Source of the DNA: an uncultured Candidatus Peribacteria bacterium
GTDB lineage: Bacteria; Patescibacteriota; Gracilibacteria; BD1-5; UBA2023
Direction of reading: 5' to 3'
Assembly (NCBI GenBank): GCA_964644075.1
Contig: CAZXUQ010000007.1
Coordinates: 35 to 64,034, forward strand
Length of the DNA stretch: 64,000 bases
The notes under the pieces: model-generated
Told to the model about the DNA's origin: nothing
The model's input: the letters and a program-made list of their open reading frames with translations, nothing else
The model's database searches: none
Position numbers and translations under genes: made by a program
Part shown: positions 1-10,142 of the stretch, piece by piece
Numbering within the stretch: position 1 is the stretch's first letter
Layout: every line of letters begins with the position of its first letter

Positions 1-556
1 CCGTGATTTTTCGTATCTCTCCCTCTATGAGCATACCCTCGGCAGTCGATGGATCGATCCCGTGCGACGCAAGATAAAATATTGCATCAGAGGAGATACG
101 GTGGATACGACAGGAGTGACCTCACTCGATCGAGTCTGTGGCGACTTCGAGGACAGGACGACCACGTACACGAGCTCCTTCACCGAGGAGGATATTATTT
201 TGGTCGACACGCAGTTTCACATCACTCGATCCTGGAGCTACCCGCCCGATACCATCGATTTCGATATTTGACCCGTCTCATGCGAGAGCGAGAAGATCGA
301 GCGATCCATCAGCGCGACTCCCTTCGATCGAAACGGTCAATTCTAGAACCATATTTGCTCATGTAGCGACCGCGCCACCACGAAATACTGCACCCTCCTC
401 GACGATGAAATGACGGACGTACTTTCCATCATTTCTCGGGATAAGGACATATTTCTGACACTCTCATGCACTGATCCTGATCTCACGAAACTCGATGTCT
501 CCTTCATCGAGGACTGAGGCATGATGCGTATGTATTTTTGGATTTTCGCACTTCAT
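1..556 (-). CDS. sufD: SufB/SufD-family Fe-S cluster assembly protein; N-terminal ~185 codons, gene runs off the left edge
   Basis: Minus-strand frame from ATG (rc at 554-556) reads MKCENPKIHTHHASVLDEGDIEF...NNILLGEGARVRGRPVLEVATDSIEGGHSCRIHRISSDAIFYLASHGIDPSTAEGMLIEGEI. This matches the SufB/D C-terminal signature (xLEIxxDDVxxxHGxxxGxxxxxxxFYLxSRGI). Four in-frame TGA read as Gly. Confidence 0.7.
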
Positions 557-757
557 ATGGCGAAGTATAGAGAGACTCTACGAAATGGCAAAGAGAAATC
601 TTTGGAAAAAGTGAGAAATTTTGATAATATAGAGAAAGTTTCGGGTTTTCAGGGGTTTTTGAAGAATATCTATGAACTTAGTAGGGGTTTGGGGGAAGAA
701 ACTGTTTGAGGCAGATGAGAACAGAAAAAAGAAAGGCAGAGCGAGCGAGTTTTTCTT

Positions 758-817
758 CCACCGAAACTTTTGGATACTTTTGGTTACAAAAGTATCAGGA
801 AAGAGACACCGGATTTC
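758..817 (+). promoter_or_regulatory. Conserved ~60-nt element with a perfect 9-bp hairpin (GATACTTTT-GGTTAC-AAAAGTATC at 773-796), about 60 nt upstream of the T4CP-like gene; copy A
   Basis: The same hairpin and similar flanks recur at 43326-43384 upstream of trxB. In both copies the flanks are oriented relative to the downstream gene. Confidence 0.45.
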
Positions 818-853
818 TTTCCCGTTCTGCAACCAGACAGGCTCAGCCTCGCA

Positions 854-3253
854 ATGACAAAAATCATGAATAATAACCATAGTATCATCACCTACGAAGT
901 ATCCGTCGACCGCGCCAATGAAAAGGGCGTTTTCGTCGCCCGCGAGATGCTCTCGACTCTTCACCATGCGATCGAACACGCGAGTCCATGGTGGAAATTT
1001 TGGACAGAGAAAGTTCACCCAAGTTTTCGTTTCGAAATCGTCGCTCGAGACGGACAGATACGGTTCTTTTTTTCGACAGATCGGGCTTTTGCATCATTTC
1101 TCTCGAGCCAGCTCTACGCTCACTATAGCGATATCGAGCTCATAGAAGTCTCTCACTCACTCGACTCTGAGAAATCCTACAGAGCCAAGGAAGTCACGCT
1201 CGCACACCACTCACTCGAGACGATCAAGCTCTATGTAAATATGAAAGATCGTACTGAAAAAGAATCTGTCGATCCACTCTCATCCCTCACGAGTGCGCTC
1301 GCGAAAGTAGCGAAGTGAGATAGTGCTGGATACATCATAGATTTCTCTCCACTCGAAGATCATGTCTGGCGAACTGAGCACCGCGCGCATATCTGGTGAT
1401 GGCATCTCCCTCTGGGTATCAAGATGCAACTCCTTCACTTCTGGTGATCGATCGGATGGCTCATGCTCCCCATCTCATGGTCGTTTGCTCTCGTAGGATG
1501 GCTCATGCCGAGAGACCAACATGAGACCCATGATGATGAAAAACACGAAAAAGGAAAAGTAGAAACCAAAATAGATACATTCGGATATATGGCCCGTATT
1601 CTCGTGGTGAAGGAAAAGAGAGATGCCCTCAGTGATGAGGTCATGATAAAAGAACTCGCGAGTAGTATGAATATTTTTGCTAACCCAGGGGGCAATAGTT
1701 TCCTCATGAAAAAAACAAAACTTCTCATGAGGCTCCCCCCTATAAAAAAACTCCCAAAATCCTCGATGATCCTCTCGACGACAGAGCTCGCAGGCATCAT
1801 CCATATGCCGACACTCTACGTGAAAACTCCGGGCATCCACTGGGTGACGACACGAAAATTTGAACCACCACATGAGCTCCCGAGTACAGATGCCCCCAAT
1901 ACTCCGATCGGTATGGCGAACTACCGTGGTGGGAAAGAAGGTTTTGGACTCAAACCTATCGATCGCGCTCGACATGTCTATATCATCGGTAAGACCGGTA
2001 TGGGAAAGTCGACGCTTCTCGAAAACATGATCTATACAGATATCCTCAATGGTCGAGGTGTCGCTGTGATCGACCCACATGGGGACCTCGTCGAGACGAT
2101 CCTCGCCAATATTCCGAAGTCACGAACCAACGATATCGTCCTCTTTGATCCTGCCGACCAGGAGTATCCGATCGCGTTCAATATGCTCGAAAATAGTCGT
2201 CCCGAGCTTCGTCCGATCGTGGCTGGCGGACTGGTATCGATCTTTAAAAAAATGTTTGCCGAGAGCTGGGGACCACGTCTCGAGTACATACTCCGTAACA
2301 CTATCCTCACGCTCCTCCTCATCCCTGAGACGACGATGATTTCTATACCGCTCATGCTCACACATGAGGCCTATCGAAGGAAGGTCGTCTCGAAGATCGA
2401 TGATCCGATCCTCGTACAGTTCTGGAATGAAGAATTTGCCAAGATGAGTCCCTCGATGCAGAGCGAGGCGGTGAACCCGATTTTGAATAAAGTCGGGCAA
2501 TTTCTCTCTTCTCCAATCCTCAGAAATATCCTCGGTCAGCCGAAAAATCCCTTTTCTCTGCGATGGATCATGGACAATGGGAAGATCTTTCTCGTGAACC
2601 TTTCGAAGTGACGCATCGGTGAAGATGCCAGTGCACTCCTCTGATCGATGATGGTGACCAAGTTCCAGATCGAGGCGATGACCCGAGCTGATATCCCCGA
2701 GAGTGAGCGTCGAGATTTCGGACTCTATGTCGATGAGTTTCAGAACTTCGCCACTGACTCTTTCGCGACTATCCTCTCCGAGGCTCGTAAGTACAAACTC
2801 TCTCTCACCATGGCGAACCAATATGTCGAACAAATGGCAGAAACCGTACAGGGTGCAGTATTCGGAAATGTCGGATCACTCATCGCTTTCCAGGTAGGCT
2901 ATCATGATGCTGTCACGTTTGCTGAGGTATTTGGCGGGGAAGACGTGATCACTCCACAGGACCTCACCAACCTCCGAAAATACGATATCTATACGAAGCT
3001 TCTCATCGATGGTATGCCTTCGCCAGTATTCTCTGCGACGACGTATGCGCCACTGCGGGACCGTATCGATGTACCTCCACAGCAGACACGTGATGTCCTC
3101 ATGAAGGTTTCTCGAGAAAAATACACCAAGAAAAAAGACTTCGTCGAAAAAAAGATCTTCGACACTGTGGCGAAGATCCGAGAAGAAGAGAAAAAGTATC
3201 GAGAAGAGAAAGAGTCCCACAAAGAGAAGAAGAAAGAAGGAAAAAAGGAGTAG
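854..3253 (+). CDS. VirD4/TraD-type coupling-protein-like ATPase, paralog 1 (about 799 aa)
   Basis: Three same-frame ORF fragments (770-1318, 1463-2611, 2648-3253) joined only by TGA. Motifs: Walker A IIGKTGMGKST, DPHGDL, Walker B-like LYVDEFQNF, SEARKYKLSL, GNVGSLIAFQVG (TraG/TraD C-terminal-type module). Central hydrophobic segment and K/E-rich tail. ATG at 854 chosen; the TTG at 770 lies inside the upstream hairpin. Confidence 0.8.
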
Positions 3254-3259
3254 CAAACT

Positions 3260-3772
3260 TTAAGCTGGAGGATTCATAATATCTCTAACTACTTTTTTTG
3301 TTTCTTCTGCACTCCGTGCAAGTCTTACCTTATCACATATTCATTGAAAAAATATTATGAGGTTTTTATCGGAAACTAAGGTCTGATCTTTTTGTAACCA
3401 TACATATTTTCTGGTTTGTGTATCAATATAACCAAGGTCATACACTCCTGTAAGCAATGGATCTAGTAAGCGGAGTCCTATAATAGCAGCTATCTCATTA
3501 TGAGGGTTACATACTGGGTACTCATTTTCGATATGACGAAAGTATGAGTTGGATCATAAAGAGAGTGAAACAAACTTGGATGATCGTATATCTAGAAATG
3601 CTGCTTCGGATCATCTACTGATAACCCAGTAGTCATCTAGTTTATAAGTTTCTTCATCTATGGTTACATCTGGATAAAATCAAAAGATAACTTTTCTTTT
3701 CTCAGAAAAGTCTTTCGCTTCTTGAAGTTGTTCTTGTAAGATTTCAAAAGGATCCTTGATAAGAAGAGACAT
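3260..3772 (-). CDS. Hypothetical protein (170 aa)
   Basis: 170 codons without TAA/TAG in an AT-rich stretch, checked triplet by triplet, with 4 in-frame TGA. Begins MSLLIKDPFEILQEQLQEAKDF. No recognisable family. Invisible in the standard-code track. Confidence 0.5.
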
Positions 3773-3907
3773 GCGCGGTTTCTATATAAAAATAAGTTCG
3801 AATAACCTAATCATAACCTCTGTTTTGTCAAATTTTTTTCATACTATTCACTATCTGTCAATGACAGAATAGTTTTTGATTTCGAGAAAACTCCCTATAC
3901 TCCTCAG

Positions 3908-4079
3908 GCTCTCCATTCATGGTGGGGAGTGGTGGGCTTTTATATCCCCACCAACTTATTTTTCATTTTTATGAAAATAGTAGTTTCGCTCTCTGTTTGG
4001 AGAGTTCGATTTGCATTCGAGATTGTTCTCGGAAAGTAGATCGAAAAAATCCCCCTAAGTGGTACTATGGGGGATTTTT
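3908..4079 (+). ncRNA. Candidate small RNA, family copy 1 (paralog at 15208-15372)
   Basis: TATACT -10 box at 3896-3901. Nested helices CTCTCC...GGAGAG and GGTGGGGA...TCCCCACC, hairpins TTTTCATTTTTATGAAAA and TCGAGA-TTGT-TCTCGG. Intrinsic terminator ATCCCCC...GGGGGAT plus T-run at 4049-4079. The overlapping 80-aa ORF is not conserved in the paralog. Confidence 0.4.
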
Positions 4080-4157
4080 GATGGTGAGAAGCGATACGCT
4101 TTTATACCAACTTATTTGTCGTAGTTTCGTTCGACATGAGGATTATACCATATTTTC

Positions 4158-5192
4158 ATGAAAATCAAATTTTTCCTTCTCTCGAAAATTGCTTTTTTCC
4201 CTCTTTCTGCTAAAGTACAGAGTATAACTTTGTCTATGTTCAAACTCTTTCTCTCCATCCTAGCCCTCATACTCCCACTCGGAGCGACATTTGCTGCTAA
4301 CCCTACGACCGAGGAGCTCAATCTGAAAACTCCCACCATCAAAACACAGTGAGGTGAATCAGATGCACTCGCGACATTTATCGGACCTGTAGGTGAACTC
4401 TTTTTTATGCCGAGCTTGCGCGATGAGTCGGTGATCAATACATTTTTGAGTATTGCCTTTGCGCTCAAGAACTTTTTCATCGCTATTGCGGTGATATTTC
4501 TCATCATCGGAGTCCTCAAGCTCCTCTTCTCCTGGTGAGATGAGGAAGATATCAAAAAATGGCGGAGAAACATCATATGGACATCTGTGGGTATCGTCGT
4601 CATGCAGATAGCGACATCCGTCTGGCGCACGCTCTACCTCACTGAGTCTACCCAAAATATCGATGGTCGCCTCGGATGGCAGTTTTGGAGCAATATATTT
4701 GAGCCGCTCGTGAACCTCATGCTCATCGTGGCAGGATTTGGTTTCCTCCTCATGATGGTATATGCATTTTACATCATCGTGACGGGTGGTGGCGATGAGG
4801 AAAAACTCAAAAAATGAAAAAATATCGTGATCTACGCTGTGATCGGATTTCTCCTCATACGCATACCCCGTCTTTTTGTCATCGCTATCTACTGAGAACC
4901 GAAAGATGCCTGTAAAGACACGACTCTTTTCTCGATCGGTAACTGTATGATGTGAGAGAAAAAACTCGAGGGAGCTATCGGTATATTTGGAAAGATACTT
5001 TCTTTCGTCAATGGTTTCATCATGCTCATCACTGTAGCTCTCGTCATCTACGCAGGATGGCTCGTGCTCATCTCTGCCTGAGATGAGGAAAAACTCAAAA
5101 AAGCCAAAAATATTGCTCTCTATATCGTCGTCGGTCTCGTGCTCCTCGTCGCCTGACATGCTCTGTTTCGATTTTTTGTTCTCAGAGGGTAG
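4158..5192 (+). CDS. Membrane protein with three tandem VirB2/TrbC-like (T4SS pilin-type) repeats
   Basis: Same-frame fragments joined by TGA. Three helix / short acidic-basic loop / helix units: SGGDEEDIKKWRRNIIWTSVGIVVM, GGGDEEKLKKGKNIVIYAVIGFLL, SAGDEEKLKKAKNIALYIVVGLVLL. N-terminal signal-like MFKLFLSILALILPLGATFA (alternative start 4236). Confidence 0.65.
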
Positions 5193-5231
5193 AAGTTTGC
5201 TTTTTCCTCCTGTTTTCGATATACTCTACAC

Positions 5232-7661
5232 ATGACTGTGGGCGAGCTCATCTTCATTGTCCTGATGACTCTCACGATATCGTGAGTGGTCTATATTTCC
5301 ATGAGGAGAAAAATCGCTCTCAAGCGCTCTCTCGACATGACATTTTTGCGCGTCGTCATCGCTCGCAAGGACTCTGACGCTGATGAAAAAAAGGAAACAG
5401 TAAAAGATTTCCGAGAGCAAATATCGATCATGGAACAGCTCCTCGCGAGTCTCAAGTCACTCTACGCGAGTACGCTATCGGGTTGGCTTTTTGGTCAGGA
5501 ATATCTCTCTCTCGAGTATGTCGCCCATAAACAAGAGATTTATTTCTACATCGTCGTCCCGAAAAAAGCTCGCCTCCTCGTAGAAAAACAAATCATCGGT
5601 TTTTATCCTGATGCTTTCGTCGAGGAAACCCCAGAGATCAATATCTTCGAGGATCGAAGTACCATCGAGGGAGAGATCATGAAGCTCAAAAAAGCAGAAC
5701 AATTTCCGATACGTACCTACCAAAAACTCGAAAGTGATAGCATGAATGCGATCCTCTCTGCTCTCGGAAAGCTCTGAGAAGAAAACTCTGCTGCCATACA
5801 GATCCTCATGCGACCAGTAGATGATGACTGGCAGGAAAAAATCAAAAAACTCATCAGAAAAACTGAGAAAAAACACCATGGAAGTCACTTCTCGTGGAAC
5901 CCACTCGAGTGGATCGGCATACTGATCGACCTTTTTACTCGAGATCCGAGCGAAGAACGAGCAAAAGAAGAACCCAAAGATGACGAAGATCCGATCGATG
6001 ATGAAGGTCTCATGAAGGAAAAAGTGAAAAAAACAGGATATGCTACCACTATCCGCATCATCACGACATGACAGGATCGTGCAAGTGTCCATGCAGAACT
6101 CGAAAATATTATTTCATCTTTTTCCCAGTTTGCCTCCCCAGCGTATAACCGGTTCAAAGCTGTGAAAAGGAAATCTCTCTCTCTGCTCGTACACCACTAT
6201 ATATTTCGTCAGTTTGCCTGGTGGCAACACGCTCCGATCATGAACAGTGAGGAGATCGCCACGCTCTATCACTTCCCTGCGAGTAAATACAACCGACAAC
6301 CAGAGATCCGCTGGCAACGGTTCAAGCTCATAAAAGCACCTACGAATATCCCAAAAGAAGGTCTCTATATCGGGGATAATATTTTTCGTGGTGAGAAAAA
6401 ACCAATTTTCGTAAAAAATGAAGATCGTTTCCGACACTTCTACGTGATCGGACAGACAGGTACAGGAAAATCATCTATCCTCTCGACGATGATCCGTCAG
6501 GATCTGCGTGGTGAGAAATGACTCGCTGTCCTCGATCCACATGGTGATCTCGCTCGCGATACGCTGAACTTCATCCCGAAATCTCGTGCTGACGATCTCG
6601 TCTACTTTGACCCCGCTGACCTCTCTCGGCCGATGGGACTCAATATGCTCGAAGCGGTCAATGATGATGACAAACAGATGGTCGTCGCCGATGCGACCAA
6701 TATCATGATCAAGCTCTTTGGAAATGAGATATTTGGTCCGCGTATCCAGGACTACTTTCGAAACGGATGTCTTACACTCTTGGACTATCCACAGGGATGA
6801 GCCATCACAGATCTGATCCGTCTTTTTACCGATGATAACTTCCAGCGAGAGCGTCGTACCACTCTCAAAAACGCCGTCGTAAAAGCCTGGTGGGACTATA
6901 CCTATGCCAAGATGGGTGATCGAGAAAAGGGTGAAATCATCCCGTATTTCGCAGCGAAATTCGGTCAGTTCATCACCAATACACTCATGCGAAATATCGT
7001 GGGTCAGACAAAATCTGCCTTCGATATCACTGACATCATGAACAATGAGAAGATCCTCCTCGCAACTCTCTCGAAGTGAGTCCTCTGAGACCTCAACTCC
7101 AATCTCCTCGGTCTCATCCTCGTGTCAAAGATCCAGATCGCCGCCATGCGCCGACAAAATATGGCAAAAGAAGATCGAAAAGACTTTTTTCTCTATATCG
7201 ATGAATTCCAAAACTACGTCACTGACTCGATCGAGAGTATCCTCTCTGAGGCACGTAAATACCGTCTCGGTCTCGTGATAGCCCATCAGTACCTCGGCCA
7301 GCTCCAGAAATCCGATGCCCTCACTAAGTCGAACCTCAATCTAAAAGATGCGATATTCGGTAACGTGGGATCGATCATGAGTTACAAGATCGGACCCGAG
7401 GATGCCGAGATGATGGCGAAGCAGTTTGCTCCCGTCTACTCAGATCAGGACTTTATCAATATGGATAAATTTAAGGCAGCGCTCCAACTCTCAGTCGATG
7501 GACAACCAACGGCAGGGTTCTCACTCTCAGTCCCACTCCCGTGGCTTGAGAAATGAGATCCTACAACTGGAAATGCTCTCAAAGAACTCTCTCGACTCAA
7601 GTACGGTCGCGAGCGTGAGTTTGTCGAAAAAGAAATCATTTACCGCATCGGTGCCACATAG
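5232..7661 (+). CDS. VirD4/TraD-type coupling-protein-like ATPase, paralog 2 (about 809 aa)
   Basis: Fragments 5286-5777, 5808-6071, 6162-6521 and 7122-7556 share one frame and are joined by TGA. N-terminal TM helix. Motifs VIGQTGTGKSS, DPHGDL, GLNMLE, FLYIDEFQNY, SEARKYRLGL, GNVGSIMSYKIG. Confidence 0.8.
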
Positions 7662-7663
7662 AT

Positions 7664-8611
7664 ATGAAACGATTAGGATTTCTCTGCATCGCGTTGTTCC
7701 TGCCTTTCTCATGAGCATGGTCCGCTGACCTCACTGACGGGACAGCTTTTAGTGACTATCTAAGTAATGTCGACCTCTACTGCAAAAATCCGAACATGCC
7801 GTGGAATAAAGACGATCTCACTTTTTGAAAAATCACCGTCGACTATGCGCCTTTTTCTCCTGAACTACTCAAAAACACACAAAGTAAGCTCCTCTCGACA
7901 GAGACAGATGCTGGGGAAAAAAGTCGTATAGAAGCCTCTCTCCGAGCCATCAGTACATACGAGTGATATCGAGCTCTCGAGGTTGCTCGCATCACCTACC
8001 AGACTAATATGAATAAGATTTTCTCCTGTGCTGTGGTATCGAGTCGATATGAGAAAATTAATAAACTCATCGAGATTATTAAAAAAGCATTTTCATGAGA
8101 AAAATCCTCTGATATCCTCAAAAAAATAGAGAAAGAACGTCTTCGATACGATCGCCTGCGGACGACGATGAACTGTGGGCTCAATAGTGATGACTCAAGC
8201 TCATATCGCATCATGGATCGACTCAGTGCGAGTGCTACGACAGAGTACTGTAACTACCTCTACTATACGGACTACCTCAAGGCGCAGCTCGAGAATAATG
8301 CTTCCGAGACATCTCGTATCGATGCGGCTCTCGCAGGAAAAAGTGGCTCCCTGAGGACGACCGATCGGGCTCTATCGGTGCTGAGCTCTCGACAGCAATC
8401 GATCGAGCGGGACCTCGCACGTGCTACTGATACTCTCCCGAAAGCACTCGTAGCCTATCGTGAGATGGAACGTACGTATGCCCTCCACCTCGTCCTAGTA
8501 CTGATATATGATGACTATCTGAAGCTCAGAGATAATATTGATCTCTATCTCTCTGCAGTTTCTCAGCTTTTCGAGAAGGCATTCAATGCTCAGGATAAAA
8601 ACAATCGATAA
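7664..8611 (+). CDS. Secreted hypothetical protein (315 aa), translationally coupled to paralog 2
   Basis: Starts 3 nt after the preceding stop. Signal peptide MKRLGFLCIALFLPFSGAWSA. Helical, coiled-coil-like composition. 4 in-frame TGA. Confidence 0.6.
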
Positions 8612-8645
8612 AAAATCTCCCCGAACTTCTGGGGAGATTTTTCTT
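8611..8645. terminator. Bidirectional intrinsic terminator between the secreted-protein gene and rpmE
   Basis: ATCTCCCC-GAACTTCT-GGGGAGAT with an A-run on one side and a T-run on the other. Confidence 0.7.
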
Positions 8646-8859
8646 ATTTCTGGAGATCTTCTGTCTTTTTCTGACGAGCGTAGAATTTGTCCATGGTAGA
8701 GGTTTTGAGGAGAGTCTTCTTTCCTGTGTAGAACGGATGACACTTCTCGCATGTTTCGACTCGGATGTCTTCTTTTGAAGTACTTCCTGTCTCGAATGTA
8801 TTTCCACATGAACAGATTACTTTGACCTGGTTCCAGGCTGGGTGGATAGATTTTTTCAT
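8644..8859 (-). CDS. rpmE: 50S ribosomal protein L31
   Basis: [47 protein letters not shown]: classic L31 with the CxC...CxxC zinc motif. Confidence 0.95.
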   Translation of the reverse strand: MKKSIHPAWNQVKVICSCGNTFETGSTSKEDIRVETCEKCHPFYTGKKTLLKTSTMDKFYARQKKTEDLQK

Positions 8860-9015
8860 AGGATGAAAAGGTTAGGAGTATTACAGTCGCTTGATACGAG
8901 TGTTCCTAGTATTTTTTCTGGCGAAATACAAAACCATATGAGTGAAGAACTCAAAGCTGAGAAAGGTATTCGCAGTTTTGAATCATTCAAGAGAAGCAAA
9001 ATTCGCGAGAAGCGA

Positions 9016-9103
9016 GAAATTCGAGGCAGAAAAAAATTTTTGAAGTGAGTTTACTTATCTGTAAATGATCGAGAAAATTTTTTTATAACAAAGAAGTTCG
9101 ATG
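9016..9103. repeat. Dispersed ~88-nt intergenic repeat, copy 1 (copy 2 at 12471-12558)
   Basis: GAAATTCGAGG...GAAGTGAG-TTTAC-TTATC-TGTAAA-TGATCGAGAAAA...ACAAAGAAGTTCG aligns with copy 2. The central hairpin shows a compensatory change: TTTAC/GTAAA here versus CTTAC/GTAAG there. Confidence 0.6.
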
Positions 9104-9118
9104 CTTATCGAGGATTTT

Positions 9119-9203
9119 TGGTGCCCAGGAAGAGACTTGAACTCTTACACCGTAAGGCAACGGCTTCTAAGACCGTCGTGTCTACCAATTCCACCACCTG
9201 GGC
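9119..9203 (-). tRNA. tRNA-Leu (anticodon TAG), class II, CCA encoded
   Basis: Reverse complement GCCCAGGTGGTGGAATTGGTAGACACGACGGTCTTAGAAGCCGT...GGTTCAAGTCTCTTCCTGGGCACCA. Anticodon loop CTTAGAA, long variable arm. Confidence 0.9.
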
Positions 9204-9215
9204 AGACATCCTGTA

Positions 9216-9300
9216 TGGTGGGCCGGGAGGGATTCGAACCCCCGAAGTCGTAGACAAAGGATTTACAGTCCTCCCCATTTGACCGCTCTGGAACCGACCC
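9216..9300 (-). tRNA. tRNA-Tyr (anticodon GTA), long variable arm, CCA encoded
   Basis: Reverse complement GGGTCGGTTCCAGAGCGGTCAAATGGGGAGGACTGTAAATCCTT...GGTTCGAATCCCTCCCGGCCCACCA. Anticodon loop CTGTAAA. Confidence 0.9.
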
Positions 9301-9313
9301 ATATATACAAAAA

Positions 9314-9389
9314 TGGAGCCACCTATCAGACTTGAACTGATGACCGCCGGTTTACAAAACCGATGCTCTACCAACTGAGCTAAGGTGGC
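9314..9389 (-). tRNA. tRNA-Thr (anticodon TGT), CCA encoded
   Basis: Reverse complement GCCACCTTAGCTCAGTTGGTAGAGCATCGGTTTTGTAAACCGGCGGTCATCAGTTCAAGTCTGATAGGTGGCTCCA. Anticodon loop TTTGTAA. Confidence 0.9.
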
Positions 9390-9470
9390 ACGTGGGCGAA
9401 TGATATAAAAAATATCAATACTGTCAAAATTTTTTGTGACTTTTTTTCTTTTTCTCTATAATATGCCCAT

Positions 9471-9926
9471 ATGATAACCATTCTTGCTGTCACTGACGGG
9501 TTCAAACATTTTGGCGAAGCGATAGGCGAATACGGAAAACGAACACAAAAAGTGGTCACTCTGAAGCCGATACGCCCCATTTCTCATACCAATCCCGAGT
9601 ATATCAAGGTCAAGGAAACACTCACCATCATCGAAGCTGTGAGAAAACTCAAAGGAAAAGTCATCCTCCTCGATGAGCGCGGGAAATCACTCTCGACACG
9701 AGCCTTCGCAGAGATGGTCGAGGATGCAAAAAACGAAAGTGATGATCTCATCTTCATCATCTGAGGCAGCTACGGAGTCGATCTGGAGATATTCTCTGAG
9801 GTTCCACATGAGACTTTAAAAATCTCTGATTTCGTCATGCCGCATTCCCTCGCACTCCTCGTCCTCATGGAGCAAATCTACCGAGCCCATGAGATCATGA
9901 AGGGGTCTGGATACCACCATAGTTAG
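9471..9926 (+). CDS. rlmH: 23S rRNA (pseudouridine1915-N3)-methyltransferase RlmH (SPOUT)
   Basis: Size and C-terminal motif LIFIIGG(TGA)SYGV...ISDFVMPHSLALLVLMEQIYRA are typical of RlmH. One in-frame TGA at a Gly of the IGG motif. Confidence 0.85.
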
Positions 9927-10142
9927 AACTCTCAATTGGTTCAACTTCTCATATTTTTCCTTTTGCTTCTTTACTTTCGCGAATTTCTCCTATACCTGAT
10001 CGAAGATTTCCGTAATAAATCCGAAACTGCCTGACGAGCAACGCGAGGAGTTTTTCGGTTTTAGGAAATCGAGATCATAGGGATAACGAAATGAGCGAAC
10101 AAAAGAAGGACTTTTTGTTACTTTTTAGTCATAAAAAGTAGA

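Noticed and set aside
3919-4161. 80-aa ORF inside sRNA module 1
   Set aside because: The paralogous copy at 15.2 kb has indels that destroy the frame, while nucleotide sequence and helices are conserved. This supports an RNA rather than a peptide.
4359-5159. 266-aa minus-strand ORF
   Set aside because: It is antisense to the triple pilin-repeat gene. Its acidic, His/Asp/Glu-rich sequence mirrors the hydrophobic sense strand.
9105-9374. 89-aa minus-strand ORF
   Set aside because: It spans three tRNA genes (Thr, Tyr, Leu), so it is an artefact of structured RNA sequence.
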